A stretch of 64,000 nucleotides of DNA from a virus (Duplodnaviria > Caudoviricetes), in IMG/VR virus record IMGVR_UViG_3300007171_000061, positions 14,357 through 78,356 of that record. One strand, 5' to 3'. Below are positions 36,190 through 46,327 of the stretch, in pieces. The translations under genes were made by a program, and so were the position numbers. The notes beneath the pieces were generated by a model. It was not told the origin of the DNA, made no database searches, and saw only the letters and a list, made by a program, of their open reading frames with translations. Within the stretch, counting starts at the first letter, position 1. Every line of letters starts with the position of its first letter.

Positions 36190-38787
36190 ATGGCAAGCAA
36201 GATTATATTAAAGAAGTCATCAGTAGCTGCTAAAGCTCCTGTTGCTGGCGATTTAGATTTCGGTGAGTTAGCGATTAATTATACTGACAGTAAATTATAT
36301 TTCAAGAAAGCTGATGGCTCCATTGATGCTTTTTCAAGTGCTGCAGCTTCTGCTCCAGTTACTTCTGTTGGTGGTAACATCGGAGCAGTTACTGATGCAC
36401 AACTACTTGCTTCTATTAAAAACGTAGATGGCACTGGTAGTGGTCTAGATGCAGATTTTCTAGATGGTTTAAATGCTTCAGCTTTTTATCTTGCAAGTAA
36501 TCCAAACGGTTATACAAGTAATACAGGTACAGTAACTTCTGTAGGTGCTACTGCTCCTTTGGTTAGCTCTGGTGGCAATACGCCTTCAATCTCTATTCCT
36601 GCTGCCAATTCAACTACTAACGGTTTTATGTCTAGTGCATATGCTAGCAAGCTTGATGGTATTGCTGCAGGTGCGCAAGTTAACGTAGCTACAAACTTAG
36701 CACAAGGTACACGCACAACTACAGCAGTACCAGTTACTAGTTCTACAGGTACAACAGCAACTTTAGATTCAGCTACTACACTTCTAGCTGGAGTTATGTC
36801 TGCTGCAGATAAAAGCAAGCTTGATGGTATTGCTGCAGGTGCTACTGCTAATACAGGTACTGTGACCAGTGTTGCAACATCTGGTACTGTTAGCGGTTTA
36901 ACGCTTACAGGTGGTACAATAACTACAAGTGGTACAATTACTTTGGGTGGTACACTCTCTGCTGGTATTGCTAACATAAGCGATGCTCATCGTTGGTGGA
37001 ATAACTTTGGTGATAATCATAGTACCAGAACTGCTTTTGATACAACTTCTCCTTCATATAATTTTGGATGGAGATATGTTCAAGGATCAACCAATGGTCC
37101 CGGTACGGGTGGTAATCAGTTCTACTCTTTATATACTGGATTAGGCAATGAGTATCCCGCTACAGGTGCAGGTTCATATGGTATGTTCATGGCAATTGAT
37201 CGTGATAGTACTACACCATATCTTTCAATTAGATACAACGAGAATAATTCATTAAGTACTTGGAGAAGAATTAGCGCAGGTCGAGCAGATAATTGGACTA
37301 CAGCTAGAACTCTAACAGTAGGTAACACTGGTAAATCCGTTGATGGTAGTGCAAACGTAGCTTGGTCATTAGCTGAAATTGGTGCTTATGCTGCAAGTAA
37401 TCCAAGTGGTTATACAACTAACACGGGTACTGTAACATCTGTGGGTGGTACAGGTGGTTATGGGGGTTTAACTTTAAGCGGAACCGTAACTACTTCTGGT
37501 AACTTAACTTTAGGTGGGACTCCAACAGGTACTTGGCCTATTAGTGTAAGTGGTAACGCAGCTACGGCTACAAACGCAACAAATCTAACGGGTACTACCA
37601 CAAGCAGTATCCCAACATCTGCACTGGCTACTGGCACTGCCAACTCAACCACGTTTCTTCGTGGGGATCGTACTTGGGGAACCATTTCAGCAGGTGCTCC
37701 CGGGGGTTCAACCACGCAGGTGCAGTTTAACAATGCCGGGGCTTTCGGTGGCGATACAGGGCTGACATACAACTCAGCAACTAAAACGCTGACAATTTCG
37801 GGTATTCCATACTCAAACGGTGCCACTAGAAGCTTTACAAACACTGAAATTGCAATCGGAGTTGATGCGCTGGCAAATGCAACTACTGCCTCCAATCAAA
37901 TTGCAATTGGTAATTTTGCACTAAACGCTTCTACATCAGGTTCTTCCAACACGGCAGTCGGTTCTAGCGCTTTACAGTCAAACACTACAGGTTCCAGCAA
38001 TGTTGCACTTGGTTCTAGTGCATCTAGATTTAATACAACCGGAATCAACAACGTTAGTGTTGGTCTCTCTGCTGGTGAGGCAAACCAAGTAGGTTCAAAT
38101 AATACAGCGATCGGTCGTTACGCATTATCGTCTTGTCCGGGTTACAGTAATACTGCAATCGGTTCCGGTGCTGGATCGTTCATTAATGACGCAACATTAA
38201 ACTACGAAAACACGGCAGTTGGTCGCGATGCACTTTCAAACGGTCGCATTTTCAACTGTGCAGTTGGGTTTCAAGCTTTAGGTGGTTCGCATACCGGAAG
38301 CTCGAACACGGCAGTTGGGCATCGGGCTGGTGTAAATGTAACAAGTGGCACTAATAATGTACTTATTGGAAGAGACGCAGGTACGGACGCTGTTCGTAAT
38401 GTTACAACTGGTGCTAATAATATTGTAATTGGAAATAACAGTAGTGCAACCGCACACATTAAAATTGCATGGACAGTCACATCTGATGCCAGAGATAAAA
38501 CTTCTTTTGCGCCTGTACCCCACGGTTTGGCTTTTGTTAATGCTTTAACACCAACAGCGTACCAGTTTCGTGTCTCCCGTGAGGACGAAACGCCTTCTGG
38601 CCCAATTCGTTACGGGTTTAAAGCACAAGATATTCTTGCTCTGGAAGGTGACAATCCAATTATTATTGATAACAAAGACCCTGAAAATCTAAAGTATAAC
38701 CAAGACTCAATGATTGCTGTGCTGCTTAACGCAATTAAGGAGCTTGATGCAAAATTTGAGGCATATAAAGCAGCGCATCCAGATTAA
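36190..38787 (+). CDS. tail/head fibre with YadA-like repeats and C-terminal intramolecular chaperone (peptidase S74)
   Basis: GELAINY.D.KLYFK head; DAD.LDG; G..NTAVG repeats; TSDARDK...YGF.AQ. Confidence 0.85.
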   Translation: MASKIILKKSSVAAKAPVAGDLDFGELAINYTDSKLYFKKADGSIDAFSSAAASAPVTSVGGNIGAVTDAQLLASIKNVDGTGSGLDADFLDGLNASAFYLASNPNGYTSNTGTVTSVGATAPLVSSGGNTPSISIPAANSTTNGFMSSAYASKLDGIAAGAQVNVATNLAQGTRTTTAVPVTSSTGTTATLDSATTLLAGVMSAADKSKLDGIAAGATANTGTVTSVATSGTVSGLTLTGGTITTSGTITLGGTLSAGIANISDAHRWWNNFGDNHSTRTAFDTTSPSYNFGWRYVQGSTNGPGTGGNQFYSLYTGLGNEYPATGAGSYGMFMAIDRDSTTPYLSIRYNENNSLSTWRRISAGRADNWTTARTLTVGNTGKSVDGSANVAWSLAEIGAYAASNPSGYTTNTGTVTSVGGTGGYGGLTLSGTVTTSGNLTLGGTPTGTWPISVSGNAATATNATNLTGTTTSSIPTSALATGTANSTTFLRGDRTWGTISAGAPGGSTTQVQFNNAGAFGGDTGLTYNSATKTLTISGIPYSNGATRSFTNTEIAIGVDALANATTASNQIAIGNFALNASTSGSSNTAVGSSALQSNTTGSSNVALGSSASRFNTTGINNVSVGLSAGEANQVGSNNTAIGRYALSSCPGYSNTAIGSGAGSFINDATLNYENTAVGRDALSNGRIFNCAVGFQALGGSHTGSSNTAVGHRAGVNVTSGTNNVLIGRDAGTDAVRNVTTGANNIVIGNNSSATAHIKIAWTVTSDARDKTSFAPVPHGLAFVNALTPTAYQFRVSREDETPSGPIRYGFKAQDILALEGDNPIIIDNKDPENLKYNQDSMIAVLLNAIKELDAKFEAYKAAHPD

Positions 38788-38869
38788 TAATCCAGATGTA
38801 GCAAAGATGTTAGAATCTAATTAATTTAAGATTAAATCAAGTGCAATTATATACTATTTATTATTGTAC

Positions 38870-38898
38870 TTGATTTTCTAATAAAAATATGGTATAAT
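38870..38898 (+). promoter_or_regulatory. sigma70-like promoter of the head operon
   Basis: TTGATT-17-TATAAT with TG extension. Confidence 0.7.
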
Positions 38899-38925
38899 TA
38901 TGTTTAAATACATTTATAATAAGAG

Positions 38926-39726
38926 GTGAGCATGAAAATAGTAAATAAAGCTAAAAGTTTTGCTCCCACAGATGCAATGCGAAATAATGCAAAGCGTGGA
39001 TTAGCACTGCGAGAGAAATATAATCGTGGTGGACTGGACGCTTCACAAGCTAAAAGCGAAGGTGTAGGTTCTGGTGTAGCTAGAGCAAGGGATATCATCA
39101 ATGGTAATTTGAGCTTAGATACAGTTAAACGTATGTATGCTTTCTCTAGTAGGCACGAAAAGAATTACAACCCTAAGAAGAAAATGCCTGACGGTGGACC
39201 TACTGCTGGTACTATCGCTTGGTTGCTTTGGGGTGGCTCTGCTGGTTTAGCGTTTGCTAGACGAGTATTAAAACAAGAAGAAATCTTAAAGAGTTATATC
39301 AAAGAGATTACAGATGAAGAAGTAAATGCAGAAGATCAACTACCGGGAGTAAAACTTCCGATTACAAAAGCAGTTGATGAAGAATTAAAGCAAGCTACAT
39401 TTATTGTAATGGTTCCAGAAGAAATTGATGCTCACGGTGATATAACCAGTGAAGCTGAAGTTCGTAAAGCTTGTCATAACTTTAATAAGTACAGTATGAA
39501 AGCTAACTTATTTCATTTAGTTGAAACTGACACGTTTGAATTCTGCGAAAGTTACTGCTGCCCAACTGACTTTGTATTGGGTGATAAATTCGTAAAAAAG
39601 GGCACTTGGTTAGCTACTATTCAATCCTTAGATGATAATCTTTGGGAATTAATCAAGTCTGGTGAAATTAATGGTTTGAGTATTGGTGCTTTAGCATCTG
39701 TCGAATCAATCGAAGAGGATGAATAA
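38926..39726 (+). CDS. XkdF-like prohead protease with an extra N-terminal domain
   Basis: KAVDEELKQAT..V.VPEEIDAHGD...KKGTW...GEINGLSIG. Confidence 0.8.
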   Translation: MSMKIVNKAKSFAPTDAMRNNAKRGLALREKYNRGGLDASQAKSEGVGSGVARARDIINGNLSLDTVKRMYAFSSRHEKNYNPKKKMPDGGPTAGTIAWLLWGGSAGLAFARRVLKQEEILKSYIKEITDEEVNAEDQLPGVKLPITKAVDEELKQATFIVMVPEEIDAHGDITSEAEVRKACHNFNKYSMKANLFHLVETDTFEFCESYCCPTDFVLGDKFVKKGTWLATIQSLDDNLWELIKSGEINGLSIGALASVESIEEDE

Positions 39727-40949
39727 TGGCAACACAACGTAAAGCTAAAAGAAAACTGTCTGATATTAGTTTTGAAAAAGAAGGTGCTCATGTGGCTCTT
39801 ACAAGTAAAAGTCAAGGTGGTCCCGCTAATACACACGACTATGCTTTGGTGCTAAAAAGCAACAAGTTCAGTGAAGAATTCGTAGAGAAAATGCAACAAG
39901 TTCGTGTCACTATGGAACTACCTGATTTCCTACGCAAGTTCTTTGGAATGTACGGTGATGAAGTTGAAATTCTAGCTCGCATGATGGGCTACGAGAAGCC
40001 TGAGTCTGAAGACTACTCTGAACCTATGGAAAGCTACGAAGATTATATTCAATCTAAGATGGAAGCTTTTGAGATTCTAAAGTCTGCTCACGAAGCTGAA
40101 AGTCTAGCTGACGTATTATCTGCTCTAGATGAAACAGAATATTTAGCAATACTCAACGATCAACAGCGTGTGGAAAAAGCATTTGAAGAATTAGAAAAAG
40201 CTTACAAACCAAAAGAGGGTGACATGGTGCAATGGAACTCCAGTGGTGGTAAAGCTACTGGTAAAGTTACCAAGATTGTAAGCAACGGTTCAATGTCTGT
40301 TCCAGATACAAATTTTACTTTAAATGGTACAGAAGAGAATCCTGCTGTAATGATTAAATTATATAGAGATGGTGAACCTACCGATGTAATGGTTGGTCAC
40401 AAAGCTGGTACTCTAAGCAAAGTACAAAAGTCTCTAACACAAGAATCTGCACCTGCTGCTTCCGCAGACGGTAATGATACCTCAACAAACGCTGGCGTTG
40501 AGAATATTGAAGGGGTGTCTACCTCTGTTAACAAAGAAGAATTGGAGAAATCTAAGATGGAAGACGAAGTAAAAGTCGAAACCGTTGAGAAAGCTCAATT
40601 TGAACTTGTACAAAAAGCTCTAGATGAGCAAAAAGTACAACTACAAAAAGCTCTTGAGACAATCGCTCAATTTGAAGCTGAGAAAAAAGAAGCTATCAAT
40701 AAAGCGAAAACTGAAAAAGTTAAAGCTATCGTTAAAGACGAAAGCAAAGTAGAAGCAATCGCCAAGGCTGCTCTATCTCTAGAATCTGATGATGATTTCA
40801 ATGCGTTCCTAGATGCTATGCAAGCTATGGTAACTACTGTTGAAACATCTGAGATGTTCGTAGAAAAAGGTGCTTCAACTCAAGAAGAACCCGCTGTTAA
40901 AGAATCTGCTGTGGCAAAATTACTTAAAGCCAAGCAAGTAACTAAGTAA
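39726..40949 (+). CDS. capsid scaffold-like protein with internal Hva1/TUDOR (DUF2945)-like insert
   Basis: AHVAL N-terminus; KEGDMVQWNSSGGKATGKV; acidic coiled-coil C-terminus. Confidence 0.65.
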   Translation: MATQRKAKRKLSDISFEKEGAHVALTSKSQGGPANTHDYALVLKSNKFSEEFVEKMQQVRVTMELPDFLRKFFGMYGDEVEILARMMGYEKPESEDYSEPMESYEDYIQSKMEAFEILKSAHEAESLADVLSALDETEYLAILNDQQRVEKAFEELEKAYKPKEGDMVQWNSSGGKATGKVTKIVSNGSMSVPDTNFTLNGTEENPAVMIKLYRDGEPTDVMVGHKAGTLSKVQKSLTQESAPAASADGNDTSTNAGVENIEGVSTSVNKEELEKSKMEDEVKVETVEKAQFELVQKALDEQKVQLQKALETIAQFEAEKKEAINKAKTEKVKAIVKDESKVEAIAKAALSLESDDDFNAFLDAMQAMVTTVETSEMFVEKGASTQEEPAVKESAVAKLLKAKQVTK

Positions 40950-40966
40950 TATAAAAGGAAATTAAA

Positions 40967-41362
40967 ATGCCACTAATCGCAACAGAAGCAAAACGTCTTT
41001 CTAACGTTGTCAAACAAGAACTCTTCCCTGAGTCTGCATACTGCCGTGTAGTAGTAACCTATAACGGTACTGCTGGTACTCTAGTTCCCGGTACTGTTCT
41101 CGGTAAGGTCACCTCTGGCGGCAAGTACAAGATTGCTGTACAAACTGCTACCGATGGTTCAGAAGTTGCTGACGCTATCGTAATGGTTGAGCAAGCTGTA
41201 CCTGCTACCACTGATACCAAGGTTCTATGCCTAGTTCGTGGTCCTGCTATCGTATCTAAGGACGGTCTAGTTCTAGATGCTACATACAACCTCGATGCTG
41301 AGAAAGCTGCTGTATACGCTGCTCTAGAAGCCAAGGGTATTCTCTGCAACGATGCAGTCTGA
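40967..41362 (+). CDS. head decoration protein
   Basis: GTVLGKVT.GGKY...DGSE.A..I; precedes MCP. Confidence 0.85.
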   Translation: MPLIATEAKRLSNVVKQELFPESAYCRVVVTYNGTAGTLVPGTVLGKVTSGGKYKIAVQTATDGSEVADAIVMVEQAVPATTDTKVLCLVRGPAIVSKDGLVLDATYNLDAEKAAVYAALEAKGILCNDAV

Positions 41363-41399
41363 TACTAAGATTACCGAACAATAAAACAAGGAAATTATA

Positions 41400-42413
41400 A
41401 TGCAAACTCGTAGTTTTGAAAAACCATTTGAGCTAGTCGATTACACAGAAGAACTACTCTTAGTTCCCAATAAATGGGGTCTAATCAACGAACTAGGTCT
41501 ATTCGGTGAAGAAGGCGTAGCTCAACACAGCGTTACCGTTGAATCCAGCGAAGGTACACTAGGTCTAGTTACCGACAAAGTTCGTGGTGAGCGCAACAAC
41601 GTAGCCAAGAGCGATACTCGTGCTCTACGTTCATTCGCTATTCCGCACTTCCCAATGGATGATGCTGTTAAGCCAGAAGATGTACAAGGTAAACGTGCTT
41701 ACGGTTCCGCTGATCAAGCTGAAACTGAAGCCGCTGTTATCGCTCGTAAGCTAGAGCGCATCCGTATGAACCACTCAGTAACTCTAGAAGCTGCTCGTGC
41801 CTTCGCTATTACCAACGGCGCTATCTACGCTCCTAACGGTACAGTGTCAGGTAACTTCTACACTGATTTCGGTATCACACGCAAGTCCATCGACTTCGTA
41901 CTAGGTACTTCCACCACTGACCTAAACGCTAAGTCAGAAGAAGGTATTGCTCACATTCAAGACACCATCCAAAGCGGTGAAGTCGTTAGCAACATCATCG
42001 TATTGTGCTCACCAGCTTTCTTCGGCAAGCTAATCAACCACGCTACTGTCAAAGAAGCTTACAAGTACTACACCAGCACTCAAGAGCCTTTACGTAACCG
42101 TCTAGGTTCCGGTGTATATCGCCGTTTCGTACACGGTGGTGTTGAGTACATCGAATACCGTGGTTCATACAACGGTACTGCTCTAATCCCTGCTGGCGAA
42201 GCTTACATGCTACCACAAGGTACTGCTGACATGTTCAAAACTTACTTTAGCCCTGCTAACAAGTTCAGCCATGTTAACACCATTGGTGAGCAAGCTTATG
42301 TATTCACTTACCGTGATCCAAAAGACAGCGAAATTCAGATTCAATCAGAAGCTAACTTCTTGAACTTGATTCGCCGCCCACAAGCTGTTATTCAGCTAAC
42401 CACTTCTAACTAA
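41400..42413 (+). CDS. major capsid protein (lambda gpE-like)
   Basis: 337 aa, strong codon bias, IPHFP.DD, position after the decoration gene. Confidence 0.9.
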   Translation: MQTRSFEKPFELVDYTEELLLVPNKWGLINELGLFGEEGVAQHSVTVESSEGTLGLVTDKVRGERNNVAKSDTRALRSFAIPHFPMDDAVKPEDVQGKRAYGSADQAETEAAVIARKLERIRMNHSVTLEAARAFAITNGAIYAPNGTVSGNFYTDFGITRKSIDFVLGTSTTDLNAKSEEGIAHIQDTIQSGEVVSNIIVLCSPAFFGKLINHATVKEAYKYYTSTQEPLRNRLGSGVYRRFVHGGVEYIEYRGSYNGTALIPAGEAYMLPQGTADMFKTYFSPANKFSHVNTIGEQAYVFTYRDPKDSEIQIQSEANFLNLIRRPQAVIQLTTSN

Positions 42414-42431
42414 TCGTTAGATAATTAGATT

Positions 42432-42450
42432 GCCCCTTCGGGGGCTTTCT
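42432..42450 (+). terminator. terminator after MCP
   Basis: GCCCC-TTCG-GGGGC plus TTT. Confidence 0.75.
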
Positions 42451-42527
42451 AACATTAGTCTTGCGTTGTAACATTGCTTATGTTAGAATACAGAATTAAT
42501 GTTAGAAATAGTAAAGGACACATTATG

Positions 42528-42929
42528 ACAATTCATGCACTTAGAATCGAACTAGGAGATACATCACCTGAATTTCCAATCATGAGTGATGATGAGTATA
42601 ATTACTTTTTAAGTAAACACGATTGGAACATTCGTAGAGCTTCTATGGATGCAGCTAAAAGTATCATGCTTAAGCTTTCAATGCGTACTGATGAAACAGT
42701 CGATATTTTTTCAATTAAGGGTTCTAGTGCAGCTAAGAACTATATGTCAGCTTTACAACTCTTTATCAAGAATCCTGATTTAAACGCTCTTTATGACAAA
42801 GTACAGGGTTATGCGGGAGGGGTATCAAAGAGTGATATGCAAGCCAATGATGCTAATTTAGATAACAACATCGTAAAAGACCCTCAAGCTGAAACCTTCA
42901 CTTACCGTCCTAGTTCATTCGGTATTTAA
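42528..42929 (+). CDS. head-tail adaptor
   Basis: LRIELGD...MSDDEY.YFL; position. Confidence 0.65.
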   Translation, partial: TIHALRIELGDTSPEFPIMSDDEYNYFLSKHDWNIRRASMDAAKSIMLKLSMRTDETVDIFSIKGSSAAKNYMSALQLFIKNPDLNALYDKVQGYAGGVSKSDMQANDANLDNNIVKDPQAETFTYRPSSFGI

Positions 42930-42943
42930 GCCAAGGAAATACT

Positions 42944-43300
42944 ATGGATAAATACTTAGCAATAGCACTAAGGGCAATTAATACTCACGGTAAAACTTGC
43001 AGTTATACTATTGTAACTGAAGGTACTTATAATATTGAAACAGGTAGCACAACAAATACAGAAACTTCGCATTCTGTAAAGATGTACAAGAAACACATTA
43101 GAGCTAATCAATATAACTTCCCAAATATGATCGGAAGAGATTCTGCTTTGTTTTATCTAGCTAATAATAATTTAAGTTTTGTACCTGTAGTTAAAGATAA
43201 GATTACTTTTGACAGTGTTACTTATACTGTAGATTCTATTACAGAACATGCTGCTGATGGTCTTGTGATTTTATACAAGATTCTGACCATAAAGGGTTAA
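42944..43300 (+). CDS. head closure protein
   Basis: Position; beta-rich 118 aa. Confidence 0.6.
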   Translation: MDKYLAIALRAINTHGKTCSYTIVTEGTYNIETGSTTNTETSHSVKMYKKHIRANQYNFPNMIGRDSALFYLANNNLSFVPVVKDKITFDSVTYTVDSITEHAADGLVILYKILTIKG

Positions 43301-43302
43301 TC

Positions 43303-43830
43303 ATGCAAATAGCTTGTGATACTTCAAAACTAGAAGAAAGCCTAAAGAAGTTCCATGAAGAAGCTGTTCGTAAGATGCAAGGTATGGTCAGCATGTTCTC
43401 ATACTGGGTAACTTGGGAAGCTATTGAAAATACACCAATGGGTGAAGTAACAGAAGCCAATCAGTGGTTATATAACTTACCTTCACGTTCAAGAGTGTTA
43501 CCTCCAGAAGCGGGTTCTGCTAAAGGTGGTTGGACAATATCATTTAATGGTCCTACGAGAATCATTTTTCCTGAACGTGCTACAGATGAAAATGCACAAA
43601 ACATAAAGAGTAATGCAGACATTGCCAGTGAAAAATATAAGCTTGGTGATACTGTTTTTATTATGAACAGTGTTAGATATGTTGCTTCTGAAGGTTGGAC
43701 ATTACCTAAGTTCGGATCACTTGAAGGTGGTTATTCATCGCAAGCACCAAACGGTATTATGGAACCTACATTACATGCCATCTATGGTATATATCGTTCA
43801 GACCTAAAATCATACTATGAGGCAAGTTAA
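43303..43830 (+). CDS. neck/tail completion protein (HK97 gp10-like)
   Basis: NTP.G...NSVRYV...LE.GYS.QAP.G. Confidence 0.65.
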   Translation: MQIACDTSKLEESLKKFHEEAVRKMQGMVSMFSYWVTWEAIENTPMGEVTEANQWLYNLPSRSRVLPPEAGSAKGGWTISFNGPTRIIFPERATDENAQNIKSNADIASEKYKLGDTVFIMNSVRYVASEGWTLPKFGSLEGGYSSQAPNGIMEPTLHAIYGIYRSDLKSYYEAS

Positions 43831-44237
43831 TGGCAATTATAGAAATTAAAAGAGCAGCCGAAAGAAAACTAAACGCATTAACTCCTGTGGTTACAACAGC
43901 ATGGGAAGGTGTTAGTTTTAATCCACCAGATGGTTTATACCAAAGAGTGCAATTTACTATTCAAACTCCAGATGATCCTGTGCTTGGTACGGGCTTTCAC
44001 AGAGAACGAATGACAATGCAGGTATTTATTGTTGGTGCTGCAAACAAAGGAACTTCGGAAGTTATTAACCGTGCTGAGTTAATCAGAGCGCATTTCGCAA
44101 AAGGTTTAGTACTTCAAGAAGGTGATGTAAAGATTCATGTGCTCAGGACACCACAAGTTGCTGGTACTACTGTTGTATCCGAAAGAGTGATTTGTCCGGT
44201 TCTAATTGAATTGGTAGCTGAAGTTTACTCTTATTGA
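43830..44237 (+). CDS. tail terminator
   Basis: AWEGVSF.PP...G.G...I.AHF.KG; position. Confidence 0.65.
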   Translation: MAIIEIKRAAERKLNALTPVVTTAWEGVSFNPPDGLYQRVQFTIQTPDDPVLGTGFHRERMTMQVFIVGAANKGTSEVINRAELIRAHFAKGLVLQEGDVKIHVLRTPQVAGTTVVSERVICPVLIELVAEVYSY

Positions 44238-44301
44238 ATACGGTTGCTGAACCTAAATCAGAACATTTGCAAATGTAAAAATTTAAATTAAGGAAAATAT
44301 T

Positions 44302-45507
44302 ATGGCAATCTCAAAAGGTACATCAAAAGTCGTAGCCTACAAAAAAGAAAGTCAGTGGGGAAATTTAGCTGGTTCCACTGGTGGTAAACTACTTCGCCGT
44401 GTCACTGCTAGTTTCAACCTAGTAAAAGAAGCTTACGAATCAGGTGAAATTCGTACTGATCGTCAAATTGCAGACTTTCGCCACGGTGTTCGTTCTGCAG
44501 AAGGTAGTTTAAATGCTGAACTATCCCCTGCATCATACGCTGATTTCATGGGTTCTATTGTAGGTCGTGATTTTGCTACCGTTACGTTAGGTTCCGCTGC
44601 TCAAATTACAGTCACTGTTGTTGGTACAACATACACTCTAGTTCGTGCCACTGGTTCTTTCTTGACAGGTGGTATCAAAGTTGGTATGGTTATTCGCGCT
44701 GCAGGTTTGACAACCACTGCTGATAACGGCAAGAACTTACTTGTTGCTTCCGTAACCGCTACAAACGTTGTTGTTGTACCTCTAAATGGTTCTACAATGA
44801 CAGCACAAGGTACAGCCTCAAGTGTAACTTTGACTTCTCCTGGTAAGAGCACTTTCGTTCCTGCTGATGGTCACACTGATCAATCATACACTGTAGAAGA
44901 ATTTTACGCTGACATTGCTCAATCTGAAGTTTATACAGGTATGAAGTTGAACAGCATGGCTGTACAATTACCTGCCACCGGATTAACTACTGTTGACTTT
45001 GGTTTTGCTGGTAAAGACCTAACGCAATCTGGTACTACTCAATACTTTACTTCACCTACTGCTCAGAATGCCAACGGTATCTTTGCTGCTGTAAACGGTG
45101 TTATGCTTGTTGACGGTGCTCCTGTTGCACTAGTAACTTCTGCTGACTTCTCAGTGGAACGTGCTACTGAAAACGCAACTGCTGTAGGTTCTAACTCTGT
45201 AGCTGAGATTTTCACTGGTCGTATTCGTGTTACTGGTAACATAAGTGTTTACTTCCAAGATGCTGCTTTCCGTACTTACTTTGATGCTGAAACTCCAGTA
45301 TCTATCGTATTGACATTGACTACAGATAACTCAGCCAATTCAGACTTTGTAACATTTACAATGCCTAAAGTTAAGCTTGGTAGTTTTACCCGTGACGATG
45401 GCGAGCTAGGAATCATCGCCTCAGCAAGCTTTCAAGCTCTGTTGAATAACGATGGTACTACTGGTTTACCAACAAGTACTATTCAAATTCAAGACTCAGC
45501 CGCTTGA
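44302..45507 (+). CDS. major tail tube protein
   Basis: 401 aa; S.EIR.DRQ..D.R.G; no sheath gene nearby. Confidence 0.85.
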   Translation: MAISKGTSKVVAYKKESQWGNLAGSTGGKLLRRVTASFNLVKEAYESGEIRTDRQIADFRHGVRSAEGSLNAELSPASYADFMGSIVGRDFATVTLGSAAQITVTVVGTTYTLVRATGSFLTGGIKVGMVIRAAGLTTTADNGKNLLVASVTATNVVVVPLNGSTMTAQGTASSVTLTSPGKSTFVPADGHTDQSYTVEEFYADIAQSEVYTGMKLNSMAVQLPATGLTTVDFGFAGKDLTQSGTTQYFTSPTAQNANGIFAAVNGVMLVDGAPVALVTSADFSVERATENATAVGSNSVAEIFTGRIRVTGNISVYFQDAAFRTYFDAETPVSIVLTLTTDNSANSDFVTFTMPKVKLGSFTRDDGELGIIASASFQALLNNDGTTGLPTSTIQIQDSAA

Positions 45508-45566
45508 CTTTAAGTTAACTAACTGATATAATCCCTACTGGTTAACACTGGTGGGGATTTTATTTT
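45504..45566 (+). terminator. terminator with an embedded promoter for the downstream endonuclease
   Basis: TTGACT-17-TATAAT (45504-45532) overlapping the ATCCC..GGGGAT hairpin plus T-run. Confidence 0.6.
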
Positions 45567-46235
45567 ATGTACTACGTATATTTACACAAGAAATTAAACG
45601 GTGAAGTTTTCTATGTCGGTAAAGGGAAAGGTGATCGTGCTTACTCTAAACACAATAGGAATCCTCATTGGGAGAACGTTGTAAAGAAGCACGGCTTTAC
45701 TACCGAAATTGTACTTGCTAATTTACAAGAGTGGTATGCTTTTGAGTTAGAAAAAGATTTGATATCATACTATGGTTTAAAGTCCGAGGGAGGAACACTT
45801 GTCAATGTAGTTTCAGGTGGTGGAGGTAATGGTAATTACGTTCTTACTGAAGAAGATCGAAAGTTAATTTCGCAGAAAAACTCAGGAAACGGCAATGGTC
45901 GTGATGATAAGAATGTTTATAATTTTCTAAGAATACACGATGGTGAAACTTTCACAGGAACTCGTCAGTCATTTACTGATGAATACAATATCGTAGTTTC
46001 GGATTTATTTAAATCAAAGATTATGACTGTACTTGGATGGTGTTTATTAGAGAATCTTGATAAGGTAAAGAAACCTAAGTGTGATTTAACAGAATATACT
46101 TTTCAACACACCGATGGTTCAGTTGTGACCGCTACTAGAAGAGACTTCAAGAAAATTACAGGCATTGAGTCTAAAACTCTATTCAAATCAAAAGCAGATA
46201 AGACTGTAAAAGGTTGGAGCGTTACCCGAGGCTAA
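45567..46235 (+). CDS. GIY-YIG-like homing endonuclease with C-terminal repeats
   Basis: YYVY...FYVGKG...R...E..LI..YG...LVN...GG. Confidence 0.75.
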   Translation: MYYVYLHKKLNGEVFYVGKGKGDRAYSKHNRNPHWENVVKKHGFTTEIVLANLQEWYAFELEKDLISYYGLKSEGGTLVNVVSGGGGNGNYVLTEEDRKLISQKNSGNGNGRDDKNVYNFLRIHDGETFTGTRQSFTDEYNIVVSDLFKSKIMTVLGWCLLENLDKVKKPKCDLTEYTFQHTDGSVVTATRRDFKKITGIESKTLFKSKADKTVKGWSVTRG

Positions 46236-46265
46236 TACCCTTGGGTTTTTCTTTATTTGCACCTC

Positions 46266-46294
46266 TTGATTTATCTTAAAAAATATGCTATAAT
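46266..46294 (+). promoter_or_regulatory. sigma70-like promoter
   Basis: TTGATT-17-TATAAT with TG extension. Confidence 0.7.
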
Positions 46295-46327
46295 CAGTAC
46301 TTCATTAACAATAGAAAGGAAACTATT

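Noticed and set aside
34281-38523. Long antisense ORFs over fibre genes (e.g. 34584-35297)
   Set aside because: Shadow frames of Thr/Gly/Ala-rich, T-ending codons; no RBS or recognisable motifs.
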